The notes under the pieces: generated by a model
What the model saw: the letters and a program-made list of their open reading frames with translations, nothing else
What the model was told of the DNA's origin: nothing
The model's database searches: none
Program-made: the position numbers and the translations under genes
In this document: positions 10,180 to 20,277 of the stretch, piece by piece
Position numbering within the stretch: the first letter of the stretch is position 1
Layout: each line of letters begins with the position of its first letter
Assembly: GCA_963663765.2 (NCBI GenBank)
Contig: CAXXUA010000004.1
Span: forward strand, 320,001-384,000
DNA: 64,000 bases
Direction: 5' to 3'
Origin: Candidatus Poribacteria bacterium
Lineage (GTDB): Bacteria; Poribacteria; WGA-4E; WGA-3G

Positions 10180-10390
10180 CAGAACTTATACCGAATTAAC
10201 GTGAGTCGTCTTGCTAAGTGTGCGGTTAGGAAACCGCACCTACCGTTGGAAAAAGATAAATTACGTTAATTTGGTATTACGCAGTTTTCATGATTTGATG
10301 AAGAATTATGACGAAAATGGTGTAATTTTCAGCTTTTTTGGTTTCCAGCGCGCTTTCAAAGCGCGCCTACCGTTAGGTGCGTAAGTCCTG
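10180..10390. mobile_element. MITE family B with one 88-bp family A element (10189..10276) in its left TIR
   Basis: CAGAAC-TTA-[88 bp]-TTA-CGCAG...TGCGTAAGTCCTG. TSD TCTTA. Confidence 0.85.
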
Positions 10391-10418
10391 TCTTAATTTT
10401 CATAAAGTATGCATTCCG

Positions 10419-12287
10419 TTACCCTTTAACACCCATTGCTTCAAGTTGTGCTATCTGTTCTATCCATGATTCACGTATTTCATGTGAGTATTCAATTGGC
10501 AATAGGGATTTACGTGTACAATTCAGGAATGCTTGTAGCGTCTGATAACGTCGGATCGGACCGATATTGGGTAGGATTCTATCGGAGATAACGTCGATTA
10601 TCTCATTAACAGACAACTCACCTTCTCGGCTTTTGACTGCTTCAAGGTCAGCGCGTAGAGAAGCAAAACTTGCAGCTGAATATCCTTCAGTATGTGAAAG
10701 GATGTGTTTGAAATCTTCATCTGATATTTTACTGCCAAATACATTACTAATCGTCCAGCGTAAAAAGGTTTCTCGGTCATCTCCTGTAGGATCAAGGACA
10801 GGAATGACAATGTCACCGACTCTTCCCTCTCTTCGAAGATCCGGTGAAAGGTTATAGATACGAGCAGTCATCAGTAGCCATGTGATTTTTCCGCGTAATT
10901 GTGGGTCAGACATCATCGCTTGTATTTTTCCTGTAAGTCTACGTTCAGTCGCGTGTGCGTCCCTTCCTACCTCGCCGAACTGCGTATCCGCTTCATCTAC
11001 AAAAATCAGGACATTCACGAGTGCCATCAGCAAACGGCTAAGACGTTCAAATATTACATCTGTTTGTCCAAACCACATGCTGCGGATATTCTTAAGCACT
11101 AACACAGGGATATCAAGTTCTCCTGCTAACCCTTCAAAGATAAAAGTCTTGCCACTGCCGATAGGTCCACAAACACTTAATCCTGAGATTGAATCTTTGC
11201 CAGTTGATGTGATACGCGGAATGATTTGCGTTCTTAGGAATTCAACAAGTTTTGTGTTACCGATAATATCTTTCAGTGAATGTGCAGGTTTCTTGAACTC
11301 AACAACGTCCTCACCTAACTGTGCCTGTATAAACTCTGAGACCTTCTCTATAACATTATCCGGTTGAAGTTTTTCACCAGAATAACACGCGGAAACGAGT
11401 AGTTGCCGTAATGCTTGAATGGACAGACCAGCAGTTAACACCGCCAGCTGCGACTGACTACCCCAAAGATTTAATTCCTTATCTTTTGGTTTCTGAGTTC
11501 GGTTGAACCATGAGATAAAATGTCTGCGTGTATCGACTAATGGAGATTGTACCTCCACATCAACGACTTGCGGAAGTCGCATAATTCGTGAATTAATCAA
11601 ACTTTTTGATTCAGCTATGAAGACGACAGTGTCAGTAGCCTTCATGAAATCGGAATCTGATATCCAATCTTGAACAATACTGATTCTGTGCCTATCGGCT
11701 AAATTGAGACTTCTGATTTCACCTTCGGGCAGCAGCATGTCTGTGGCTTCAATGAGTATGAGGAGTTTTTCTTTTAAGAACTTTTTACCTTGAACATCAG
11801 AAGAACGAGAAATCATACAGAATTGACGAAGCAATTCCAATGCTAATGTTGGACTCCCGATAGCATCGTTGAGATATTGCTCAAACAATCTATCAGATGT
11901 ATCTGAGGAATTCGTTTTTTTGCTGGTGCTCAATCTTGGTTCTTTTGGAAGTGCATATAGACTGGAGATTTTTTTCTGTGAAGGGTCGGTGTTACCGCGC
12001 CATGAATTGAAAGCTTTATTGAGTTTATTCCTGTCTCTTTCATGCAGAATACGTAGGGGACCATTGAGTTCATATACTATAAGGATAAAACCGGGAATAT
12101 CCCAACTTTGTGTAAGAAATGGGACAAGGGGTATGTAATCCTCAACATTTTCTTCTTCAGCAAAAAAGAGGTCATGGATATTTCCATGAAGGACGATACT
12201 ACGTGATGTACCTGAGTTAATTAGCAAGCCAGCATCAGTTCTGAATTTGTAAGAAGGTTCCTTAATCGCGATCGGTTTTTCCTCCAT
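10419..12287 (-). CDS. Classical-clade AAA+ ATPase with degenerate N-terminal domain
   Basis: Walker A GPIGSGKT, pore loop SMWFGQT, Walker B LIFVDE, Arg finger LRREGR. Confidence 0.88.
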   Translation of the reverse strand: MEEKPIAIKEPSYKFRTDAGLLINSGTSRSIVLHGNIHDLFFAEEENVEDYIPLVPFLTQSWDIPGFILIVYELNGPLRILHERDRNKLNKAFNSWRGNTDPSQKKISSLYALPKEPRLSTSKKTNSSDTSDRLFEQYLNDAIGSPTLALELLRQFCMISRSSDVQGKKFLKEKLLILIEATDMLLPEGEIRSLNLADRHRISIVQDWISDSDFMKATDTVVFIAESKSLINSRIMRLPQVVDVEVQSPLVDTRRHFISWFNRTQKPKDKELNLWGSQSQLAVLTAGLSIQALRQLLVSACYSGEKLQPDNVIEKVSEFIQAQLGEDVVEFKKPAHSLKDIIGNTKLVEFLRTQIIPRITSTGKDSISGLSVCGPIGSGKTFIFEGLAGELDIPVLVLKNIRSMWFGQTDVIFERLSRLLMALVNVLIFVDEADTQFGEVGRDAHATERRLTGKIQAMMSDPQLRGKITWLLMTARIYNLSPDLRREGRVGDIVIPVLDPTGDDRETFLRWTISNVFGSKISDEDFKHILSHTEGYSAASFASLRADLEAVKSREGELSVNEIIDVISDRILPNIGPIRRYQTLQAFLNCTRKSLLPIEYSHEIRESWIEQIAQLEAMGVKG

Positions 12288-12299
12288 TTTCTGTAGACA

Positions 12300-14117
12300 T
12301 CAACCTGCTTGTGCTAACTTTTTCCATCTTGGGAGAAAACCTTCCGTTAAAAACATGTCAAGTTTCCAGATGTTACTTTGCGGTTCTTTTTCAAAAAATG
12401 TCCCCATTGCTAATACAAGGGCATCTTTGAAACCACACTTAGTTTTTACTTTTGACAAGGATTCATAAGTTTGGAGGAAAGCAGTATGAATCCGCAAAAA
12501 GTTTAAGGCAGCAAAACTAAAAGCGTTGAGTCGTAAACAATTATCTTCCGTTTTCTCCCAGTACCAATCCAGTTGATAAAAACGTTCAAGCCGTTCTTTA
12601 CAGATGTGTACTGCTTTTACAAGGAGATGATTTAAACCTTTATGTTCCTTTTCGCTATCAGGTATATCAAATTTCTCAAGAATCTCAGTGTGAATCCTAT
12701 GTTTAGCTTCATCAGAATCCACCCAAGTTTGAAATGCCTCGGACGCGCGTACGAAACAGTTTCTGAGATCCTCAAGCGTCAAATCAAGTTTGCTGGGAAA
12801 ATCTTTGAGCAACGAGGAACTTGGCATAAGATGTGCCTGTTCGGGGAATAATTGTAAGAATTTGTATTCAACAACATCCGCTAACATTTCCGCGAGAATG
12901 GGTGTAAATGCAATGATAGAACGTTCATATAACTCTGCATCAATAAACTCTGTTAGTTTTTCAGTATCAAGTTGAATTTCATCTGTATCAGTCTTTACAA
13001 AAGCATCAGCAAATGACAATTGTTCTCCTAAAACAGAAGCAGATTCGGAGAAAGATAAGGGGCGATCAAAGAGGGATAATTCGGTGTATAGATTCTCAAA
13101 ATCAAGTAGACTTTCCTGCCATTGATGACCCCATGTATCATGTATTAGGTATTTGTCAAGTTCCTCTAATGGAAGCACTCCGATCATTCGCGTGAGTGTT
13201 GTTGTTACAAGATCTAATGATAGACCGGTATCTTCAGCGATTTGCTTTCGTAAAGTGATGTCCAAATCTTCAGCATTAAATGTACCGAATACAGGGAAAT
13301 GAGCAAATGGTTCTACCTGCCAAATTTTTCGGAGAAACTGTGCATAACTTATTTTCTTTTTTGAACTTTGTTTCTCATTTTTGTCAACACTTGTATTTAA
13401 CTTTTGTTTTCTATCTTTGTCAGCGATACCTTCCTTAACCGCAGAAGGCAAACAGAAATAGAGAGCAGAACAGGTCTTTATTAACTTCACTTCACCAACA
13501 TCAAATGGTGCTCCTGGATACAGACATTGGAAGAAAGATAGAATATCATCATCCAGATTAGGATTGTCGGACACCAACTTATATCGTGTTTGTAGACTGT
13601 CCATAATCTGATGTCGATGTCTTAAGGGAGCAGTTCGTATAGAAAGTTTGTGTTTAAGTTTCTCTGCTGATTCTGGTGTAATTTGGAATATTTGTTGTAA
13701 TTGTGTCTTGATGTACTCACATTCGGAAATGTTTGATGGTGCATCTGGTGTAAAGAGTGTGAAGATTTTGGAACCAGCAGTATCAAGATTTTCTATGCTT
13801 GGGTGGTTGACGATTTCCGGATACTGTTCCAGTGATAACCATATTCCCTCAACAAAAGCTTCATCAATTATAGTCCTAATGGAATTAGTTGTTTCTGATT
13901 CTTTAGATGATTGTAATACTTTGTTAGTTTCATTTATCAGGGAATTATGGATTTCATAGAATAATTCAGGGGTTTCAATAGAAACAGGAGAGTTCTTTTT
14001 TTGTTTCTTGATTTGATGTACGTGGTTTTCAAAATCTTTCAATAGATTTAAGACGTTCTCCCAAGAAACGGGTGTTTTATCTTGATGCCACGTGTTAATT
14101 GTCATAATTGCTCCCAC
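12300..14117 (-). CDS. Hypothetical protein, possible M49 (DPP III)-like zincin
   Basis: 605-aa ORF with HDTWGH and a distal AEMLAD motif. Ends 12 bp before the AAA gene. Confidence 0.6.
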   Translation of the reverse strand: MGAIMTINTWHQDKTPVSWENVLNLLKDFENHVHQIKKQKKNSPVSIETPELFYEIHNSLINETNKVLQSSKESETTNSIRTIIDEAFVEGIWLSLEQYPEIVNHPSIENLDTAGSKIFTLFTPDAPSNISECEYIKTQLQQIFQITPESAEKLKHKLSIRTAPLRHRHQIMDSLQTRYKLVSDNPNLDDDILSFFQCLYPGAPFDVGEVKLIKTCSALYFCLPSAVKEGIADKDRKQKLNTSVDKNEKQSSKKKISYAQFLRKIWQVEPFAHFPVFGTFNAEDLDITLRKQIAEDTGLSLDLVTTTLTRMIGVLPLEELDKYLIHDTWGHQWQESLLDFENLYTELSLFDRPLSFSESASVLGEQLSFADAFVKTDTDEIQLDTEKLTEFIDAELYERSIIAFTPILAEMLADVVEYKFLQLFPEQAHLMPSSSLLKDFPSKLDLTLEDLRNCFVRASEAFQTWVDSDEAKHRIHTEILEKFDIPDSEKEHKGLNHLLVKAVHICKERLERFYQLDWYWEKTEDNCLRLNAFSFAALNFLRIHTAFLQTYESLSKVKTKCGFKDALVLAMGTFFEKEPQSNIWKLDMFLTEGFLPRWKKLAQAG

Positions 14118-14293
14118 AATATGTAAATAGTAATACCATTCTAAATATTATAGTCTCATTTTTGGATGTAATACCATTTCTAATGGACTCACATTGAGAT
14201 AAAAATACGGATGTCGTAGATAAGAGAAATGGAAGAATTTACTTATGTCCAAATTTTTCCATTTCATATATCTATAACTATTTTAATGTATTT

Positions 14294-14415
14294 CAGGACT
14301 TACGCAGTTTTCATGATTTAATCAAGAATTGTGTTGAAAATGATGTAATTTTCAACATTATTTGTGCTTCCAGCGCGCTTACAAAGCACGCCTACAGATC
14401 GGTGCGTAAGTCCTG
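14294..14415. mobile_element. MITE family B carrying one REP
   Basis: Perfect TIR CAGGACTTACGCA, TSD GTATTT. Confidence 0.85.
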
Positions 14416-14489
14416 GTATTTTTATTGTAGCAGAAACTCAAAAACCCCTTAGATACGATGGTATTCCAAAATATGATTATTGATCTATT

Positions 14490-15797
14490 TTATTGCTTTT
14501 CTAAACTTGCACAGATGAGTCTGTTGTCATTTCGAGCAAAGACGTGTCTGTAAGCAAACGCCGGATGTGCCCATGTAACGCCGCCTCTACGATTCAGTTG
14601 GTCGCGCGTCGGTTCAATCAATTTGGCTCGACTAATGATGTTAAGTCCTTTAGGTGAGAGTTTTGTGATGAGAAGTTCACCATGCTCATTGAACATCCAT
14701 ACTTTATCGCCATTTTTAACAAAGTGAATAGTGCTCCAACGCGCTTTTTTTACAGCGGTAAGATCCTCCCAAATCCGATCACCATTTTGAGCATCTATAC
14801 AACGAAGTTCACCATAACTGTCTACACCGTATATGTAATTACCAATACGAACAGGTGTAGACATCGTCGAATGGATTGCCTGTGTATTTTGTTCATCTTT
14901 ACCTCTACGATGCCAACCAAGTTCTACTGCCAACTTATCCTGCGCTAACTTCAGCATAAGTGAACCTTGAACGAAATGTGTCATAAATAATTCGTTTTGG
15001 TAGAAAACAGGTGTAGCAATTCGTGCACCGTTCCCTTCTTTTGGAAGTGAATAAAGCCAATGTACTGTCCCTGTTTGCGGATCAAGTGCTGCAATATTAT
15101 TCACTGTCCAGCAGATTAAGACCCGTTTTCCTGCTTGTGTAATGATAATCGGAGCTGAGTAAGAAGCGTCATCCTCAAGTGCTTTCCACTTTTCTTCACC
15201 TGTTTTCCTGTCAAACGCAACAATACATGCGTCCGGTTTACCACCAATTTGGAGAATCACGTGATCTCCTTCAACAATAGGCGCAGACGCGATCCCCCAG
15301 ATAGGCATTTCAATGTTATACTCAGTATTCAGGTCTTTTTGCCATACAATGTCCCCTATAGCAGCATCAAAACAGTGTAGCTGTCCCATTGCACCTAAAG
15401 CATAAGCAAGTCCATCGTGGACGGTGACACTCGCTCGTGGTCCCGCTGTATAATCAATTTTGTATAAACAATCGTAAGTATAAGACCAAATTTCGTCTCC
15501 TGTTTTCCAATCGAAGCAGTGAACACGTTCTACCTGTTTCGGTTTTGTGAGCCTGTCAGTCACGTACACCCGTCCATCAGCAACACTGGGACCACTATAA
15601 CCACTACTAATAGGAACACTCCAGCGGATAGGGATTTCTAAACCATCAAACTTTTCAATGGTACCTGTTTCCTTCCAAACACCGTCACGGTTTTCTCCAC
15701 GCCACTGGGGCCAATCATCTGCAATAGCAAATTGTATGTGAAGAGATAAAACAACAATAGAGATAATTAATATTGGTGAAAGTCGTTTGATAATGAT
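14490..15797 (-). CDS. PQQ-like (BamB-type) beta-propeller protein; start codon uncertain
   Basis: Frame extends upstream of the ORF call through a signal peptide and ADDWPQWRGENRDG. Trp-docking repeats. Confidence 0.8.
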   Translation of the reverse strand: MIIKRLSPILIISIVVLSLHIQFAIADDWPQWRGENRDGVWKETGTIEKFDGLEIPIRWSVPISSGYSGPSVADGRVYVTDRLTKPKQVERVHCFDWKTGDEIWSYTYDCLYKIDYTAGPRASVTVHDGLAYALGAMGQLHCFDAAIGDIVWQKDLNTEYNIEMPIWGIASAPIVEGDHVILQIGGKPDACIVAFDRKTGEEKWKALEDDASYSAPIIITQAGKRVLICWTVNNIAALDPQTGTVHWLYSLPKEGNGARIATPVFYQNELFMTHFVQGSLMLKLAQDKLAVELGWHRRGKDEQNTQAIHSTMSTPVRIGNYIYGVDSYGELRCIDAQNGDRIWEDLTAVKKARWSTIHFVKNGDKVWMFNEHGELLITKLSPKGLNIISRAKLIEPTRDQLNRRGGVTWAHPAFAYRHVFARNDNRLICASLEKQ

Positions 15798-15849
15798 TTC
15801 TATATTTCCTTCTTTTACGAATTCAGGTTATATTACCCTGGGTTGCTAC

Positions 15850-15992
15850 CTAATGAAGCTTGACAATCAAAATCGGTAGTTGAATAGGTAGGGGTTGGGT
15901 TCCCCAACCCACTTGGTTTTTGAGTTTGCGTAGATCGGGGGTGGAAACCACGCCCCTACGAATACTCAACTTGAACGTCAAAACTCATTAGG
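15850..15992. repeat. Inverted REP pair within imperfect inverted ends
   Basis: GTAGGGGTTGGGTTCCCCAACCC and GGGGGTGGAAACCACGCCCCTAC. Ends CCTAATGA...TCATTAGG. Confidence 0.55.
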
Positions 15993-16128
15993 ATTTTAGA
16001 CCTGCAAACACCGTTTTTAATAGAGCACAATACACTTTTTGTAACACAAACTGTCAGTTTGTGTGCTAAGATGCACAATCTAACAGATTATGTTACAAGG
16101 CAGCAACTTAGGTTAATATAGTAACAAT

Positions 16129-16965
16129 CTATAACGGTAATTCGGAATCGCTTTCAGTTTTTTCTGGTGTTTCTTCGCTTGTTTTCTCAGTATCAGATTG
16201 CTTTGCGCCGAATATAAGTGAATCAAATTCATCGGAAGCAGCGGAAGTACGAGCAGCAGCGAGGAATTCTTCCTCTTCAACACGTGTATCCGTACCAGCG
16301 AGTTCTTGTGCGACCTTTGAACGTCCTTTAGCTTTTTCTCGTATTTCGCGCATCCTCGTCAGTTCTGCTGCAGTACCATCCATACTAATACCTGAAAGCA
16401 TATCAGCGATCTCTTCCTGTTCTTTTGCTGTAATCATTTCAGCGACTGCATCAGATTGTTCGGTTTTGATTTTGTCCAGATCCCGTGACAATCCTTGTAT
16501 CTGAATCTTGTGTGTTTCTATATCTGATTGTGCAGTTTCAATGTCTTCTTCAAGTTCATCAATGCGAGCATTTTTTTCATCCAAAGTGGAGTGAAAATCG
16601 TTGAAAGAGGTAACGCACCGCACGTATTCTGGATGTTGTTTGATCTCATCTTCAGGTGTTCCTGCTTTAAGCAGATCGTCAGCTGTACTCTTTGCTTTGT
16701 TGATAGCACCTGTCTTCAACTTTTCTAAGCGATCAACATCATCTGTAAGCGTGTTTAGTGCTCCCTTTTTCTTTTCAACTGATGCCATGAGTTGAGCGAT
16801 GGCTGACTTATACCTTTGGATATTTCCCTGTTTGTCGCGTATTATGTCTTCATAAGCTCCGCGAATTGCATTTGGGTCCTCCATAAGTTTATCAGCCTGT
16901 TCGTGTGCTTTGCCAGTGAGTGTATGCCATATTGCTCTAAAAAAACGTGTAAAACCGTTTGCCAT
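16129..16965 (-). CDS. PspA/Vipp1 (ESCRT-III superfamily)-like coiled-coil protein
   Basis: Amphipathic N-helix MANGFTRFFRAIWHTL, EDP motif, long helical hairpin, RMREIREKAKGR helix, acidic tail. GAGGA SD. Confidence 0.75.
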   Translation of the reverse strand: MANGFTRFFRAIWHTLTGKAHEQADKLMEDPNAIRGAYEDIIRDKQGNIQRYKSAIAQLMASVEKKKGALNTLTDDVDRLEKLKTGAINKAKSTADDLLKAGTPEDEIKQHPEYVRCVTSFNDFHSTLDEKNARIDELEEDIETAQSDIETHKIQIQGLSRDLDKIKTEQSDAVAEMITAKEQEEIADMLSGISMDGTAAELTRMREIREKAKGRSKVAQELAGTDTRVEEEEFLAAARTSAASDEFDSLIFGAKQSDTEKTSEETPEKTESDSELPL

Positions 16966-17081
16966 TGTGGAATTCCTCCTAAATATAGTTAACTTTAAAA
17001 CCATTCCATAATAATAATCTGAAATCTACGAACTTGAAATGAGTTTCGATTTTTCAACTTTTGATCTGTTTTCTAATTTAT

Positions 17082-17203
17082 CAGGACTTACGCACCCAAC
17101 GGTAGGCGTGCTTTGTAAGCGCGCTGAAAACCGCAAATATGCTGAAAATTACACCATTTTCTTCATGATTCTTCATCAAATCATGAAAACTGCGTAAGTC
17201 CTG
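17082..17203. mobile_element. MITE family B carrying one REP
   Basis: Perfect TIR, TSD TTTAT. Confidence 0.88.
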
Positions 17204-17235
17204 TTTATATCTAAACGCATATCATCAACATTAAC

Positions 17236-17877
17236 TCATACGCGAACAGAATTAAGCTCATCAATAACATCAGATTGCTCAACCTTAGTCTTATCTAAAT
17301 CACGATGTAACTCTGATAATGCGTTTTTGTGAGATTCAATATCGGACTGTATATGTTCTATGTCCTGTTTAAGTTTCGCTACGCGGCAGTTTTTTTCCTC
17401 CAATGTTGTTTGAAAACTTTTAGATGAGGTAACGCTTTGAATGTATACTGGATGTTGTTCTGTCTCCTCATCCGATAGATCCACTTCTTGTAGTTTAGTT
17501 TTGATACTTTCAATCTTCTTGTCAGCACCTTCCTTTAACTGTTCAACTTGTTTGATCTCTTGAAATAAGCTTTTCAGTGAATTCTTTTTCATTTCAACGT
17601 GTGCCATGAGTTGCCCAATTACTTGCTTATAATTTTGGATATTCCTCTGCTTGTCTTGGATAATGTCTTCATAAGCTTCGCGCATCACTTCAAGATTGTC
17701 CTTGAGTGTGTCGTCCTGTTCTTGGTATTGACTATTCACTCTTATACTTTTTGTATCATCTTCAAGAGTTTCGTACAAAATTTCAGGAATTTCTTTGAGT
17801 TTTTCCGTTTGTTGAAGTGCACGACCAACTTGCGAATACCAGATTGCCTTGTATAAACGTGTAAAGCCATTATACAT
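17236..17877 (-). CDS. C-terminally shortened paralog of the PspA-like protein
   Basis: MYNGFTRLYKAIW, AYEDIIQDKQRNIQNYK, QHPVY and DLDKTKVEQSDVI all align with 16129..16965. Confidence 0.75.
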   Translation of the reverse strand: MYNGFTRLYKAIWYSQVGRALQQTEKLKEIPEILYETLEDDTKSIRVNSQYQEQDDTLKDNLEVMREAYEDIIQDKQRNIQNYKQVIGQLMAHVEMKKNSLKSLFQEIKQVEQLKEGADKKIESIKTKLQEVDLSDEETEQHPVYIQSVTSSKSFQTTLEEKNCRVAKLKQDIEHIQSDIESHKNALSELHRDLDKTKVEQSDVIDELNSVRV

Positions 17878-17951
17878 TGTTTCTACTCCAGAAATTTAGT
17901 TTTGTAAAAAATTTATACCTGAATATAGACAATAGAAAGTATATATAAGCA

Positions 17952-18740
17952 TCAAAGCAAATCACTTGCTTGGTTTATTTCCTTTTCAGGATCTGGTATA
18001 AATTCCCTTATCTGTTCATCAACCTTTTTTGCAAAATCGAGACTCTCATCCAGTTCAGTGCGTAGACGACCAAGTTCTGTCTCATTGCTGTCGGGACTGA
18101 TTGTTAGGACACGCGCATACAGATGCGAAAGCTGAACTATGGTCTGTTGAACATCCGCAATCTGTTGTTCTCTGTGTTGTCGCAGTACTCGTCTGACAGT
18201 TTCCAATTGAGAATCTCTTGATTTTTCTTGCATTTTCAGTGTGTCTTTTAGACACTGCACTGCTTGTGTAAACAGGTCAGTTACTTTATCAGTTATTTCC
18301 GCACTCACCAAAAGGGGTAGATTTGCCATCCAACTTGCTTCTCGAACTTCCTCTTGAAAGGACTTATGCAATGAACGAAGTTCATCCAACATCTGTTCTG
18401 TTCTTCTATCACCATCTCTTGTCAACTGTTGATGTAGCGTGTTTAGTTCTTCTTCCTGTTTTTGTTGTGCTTCGTGTAATATTTCTTCATGAACCTGTTT
18501 AGCAATATCCTCTGTACCAGTAGTCCACTTTGTAATCAAGGCACCGATGGGAATCCCAATACCGACGACAGCACTACCGAATAAGTAGAGAATCTGGGGT
18601 TCTAAGTTAAAAACCCATGACGCAAATACCCCCATTGCCCCCGCTGCAAATGGGTAAATGGTGTAAGGATTGCTAATAAGATGAAGTAAGTATTTCTTAC
18701 GAAACAAATTCCTATCAATCAATGTCTTCACCAAAAACAT
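17952..18740 (-). CDS. Membrane protein (two TM segments) with cytoplasmic helical/coiled-coil domain
   Basis: Two hydrophobic segments at about aa 25-70, then a helical Q/E-rich region. Confidence 0.75.
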   Translation of the reverse strand: MFLVKTLIDRNLFRKKYLLHLISNPYTIYPFAAGAMGVFASWVFNLEPQILYLFGSAVVGIGIPIGALITKWTTGTEDIAKQVHEEILHEAQQKQEEELNTLHQQLTRDGDRRTEQMLDELRSLHKSFQEEVREASWMANLPLLVSAEITDKVTDLFTQAVQCLKDTLKMQEKSRDSQLETVRRVLRQHREQQIADVQQTIVQLSHLYARVLTISPDSNETELGRLRTELDESLDFAKKVDEQIREFIPDPEKEINQASDLL

Positions 18741-18939
18741 GCACCCGTTTTAGCGTGCAAATTGTCATTAGGTTTAGTTTATTAGACTCTCTTTAAATAC
18801 AATCAGAATATAATCAATGACTATTTAACTTTCCGCTGATATTTTAACATATCATAGAGAAGTTGTAAAGAGAAATAGCACAACAATTTTTCAATATATT
18901 TCTCATAGCGTAAGTTATTCCTCTTGGTTTCTACCCAGG

Positions 18940-19096
18940 CAGGACTTACGCACCCAACGGTAGGCGTGCTTTGTAGGCGGGGAATGCCAAAAGGCATTCA
19001 TACCGTTGATTTGACGCCGGAAACCATAAAAATGCTGATAATTACATCGTTTTCGTCTTAATTCTTGATTGGAACATGAAAACTGCGTAAATCCTG
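18940..19096. mobile_element. MITE family B whose REP is interrupted by a 35-bp micro-element (18979..19013)
   Basis: TIR CAGGACTTACGCA/TGCGTAAATCCTG, TSD CCCAGG. Inserted at the end of a 53-bp family D element (19099..19151). Confidence 0.85.
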
Positions 19097-19213
19097 CCCA
19101 GGGTTATTCAGTTTTAAATTTACTGAATAAATTGAAAACTAAATAACCCTGCATGATATGACTTTTTGTAGCACAATTTGTTAGGTTGTGTTATTATATC
19201 ATTTCTAAATGAT

Positions 19214-19461
19214 CAATACCTTCGCCATTTTTGAGTGCTTCAGTTGAATGAGTATATAGTGTTGATCTACCATTGCTCTGTGATATTGTTAGGATTACAT
19301 AAATAAAAATAACTTCAGGTTTTCGTTGAAGTATTTTTAATTATCATAGCGTCTAATTTGACGATAGAATCTGACAGAATAATTTATATGCACAATCTGG
19401 AAGAATGTGCTACAACTGACCGCACAATCTGACAGAATGTATATTATTGGCGAAGGTATTG
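19214..19461. mobile_element. MITE family C, 248 bp
   Basis: TIR CAATACCTTCGCCA, TSD AATGAT. Confidence 0.9.
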
Positions 19462-19584
19462 AATGATAAAGTCTTTTTTTATATCACCAACAGTTACTCT
19501 GTGCCGTTTAAGATTACGTCTCACAGTAACCGGTAATGTGAAACCATTTCTTAGAAGTGGTTTTATTGCAAAAATAGGGGAAAC

Positions 19585-20076
19585 TTGATGATGCGTAAGA
19601 AGATGTACATATTGGTTGGTGTGCTTGCTATTCTTGTGATTGCGGGTGCTTCTTATATACTCTCTGTCCAATATGCTGAAAACAAAGCAGAGAAGGATAG
19701 GGAAGCGAAAATTTATGCTGAAAACGTGGCGAAATATAATCATTGGAAAAGCCTCACTGACATTAGTCAAAAAGCTGTAGCTTTAAATAAGAAAATAGGG
19801 GAGATTGGAGATATATCTAAAGAAGATAAAATCAGGAATTTTGAAATGTCTGAGCAGTTGTTAGATTTGTTAGGGCAGAAACGAAATTTACATGAAGAAT
19901 TTGATCGTATAAAAGGAGATGGTGATACGACCGAGCAGTTTAAGGATTGGATGGGAGTCAATGCTGCTCGAGATGCATGGCTGGAATCTCAGATACACCT
20001 TAATACACTTACTTCAATAAAGTCTGAGTTAGAAAAGGCATTGTCTGAAATAGAGAATACCATAAAACAAAAATAA
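19585..20076 (+). CDS. Hypothetical N-terminally anchored helical protein
   Basis: Basic N-terminus, one TM segment, helical remainder. Confidence 0.7.
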   Translation: MMMRKKMYILVGVLAILVIAGASYILSVQYAENKAEKDREAKIYAENVAKYNHWKSLTDISQKAVALNKKIGEIGDISKEDKIRNFEMSEQLLDLLGQKRNLHEEFDRIKGDGDTTEQFKDWMGVNAARDAWLESQIHLNTLTSIKSELEKALSEIENTIKQK

Positions 20077-20277
20077 TGTCTTATAGTGAACTTTGAAATT
20101 ATTGGGACACTTTGATAAACATATTTTGAAAACAGAACGGACAACAAAAGTTGTAGCACAAGCTTTTAGTTTGTGCATAATGAGAAGCAAACTAAAAGTT
20201 TGCGGTACAGAAATGTCCCATTAATTATAGGTTTTACTGTATTAATTCTTACTATTACTATAAATGGCGGAGGAAAT

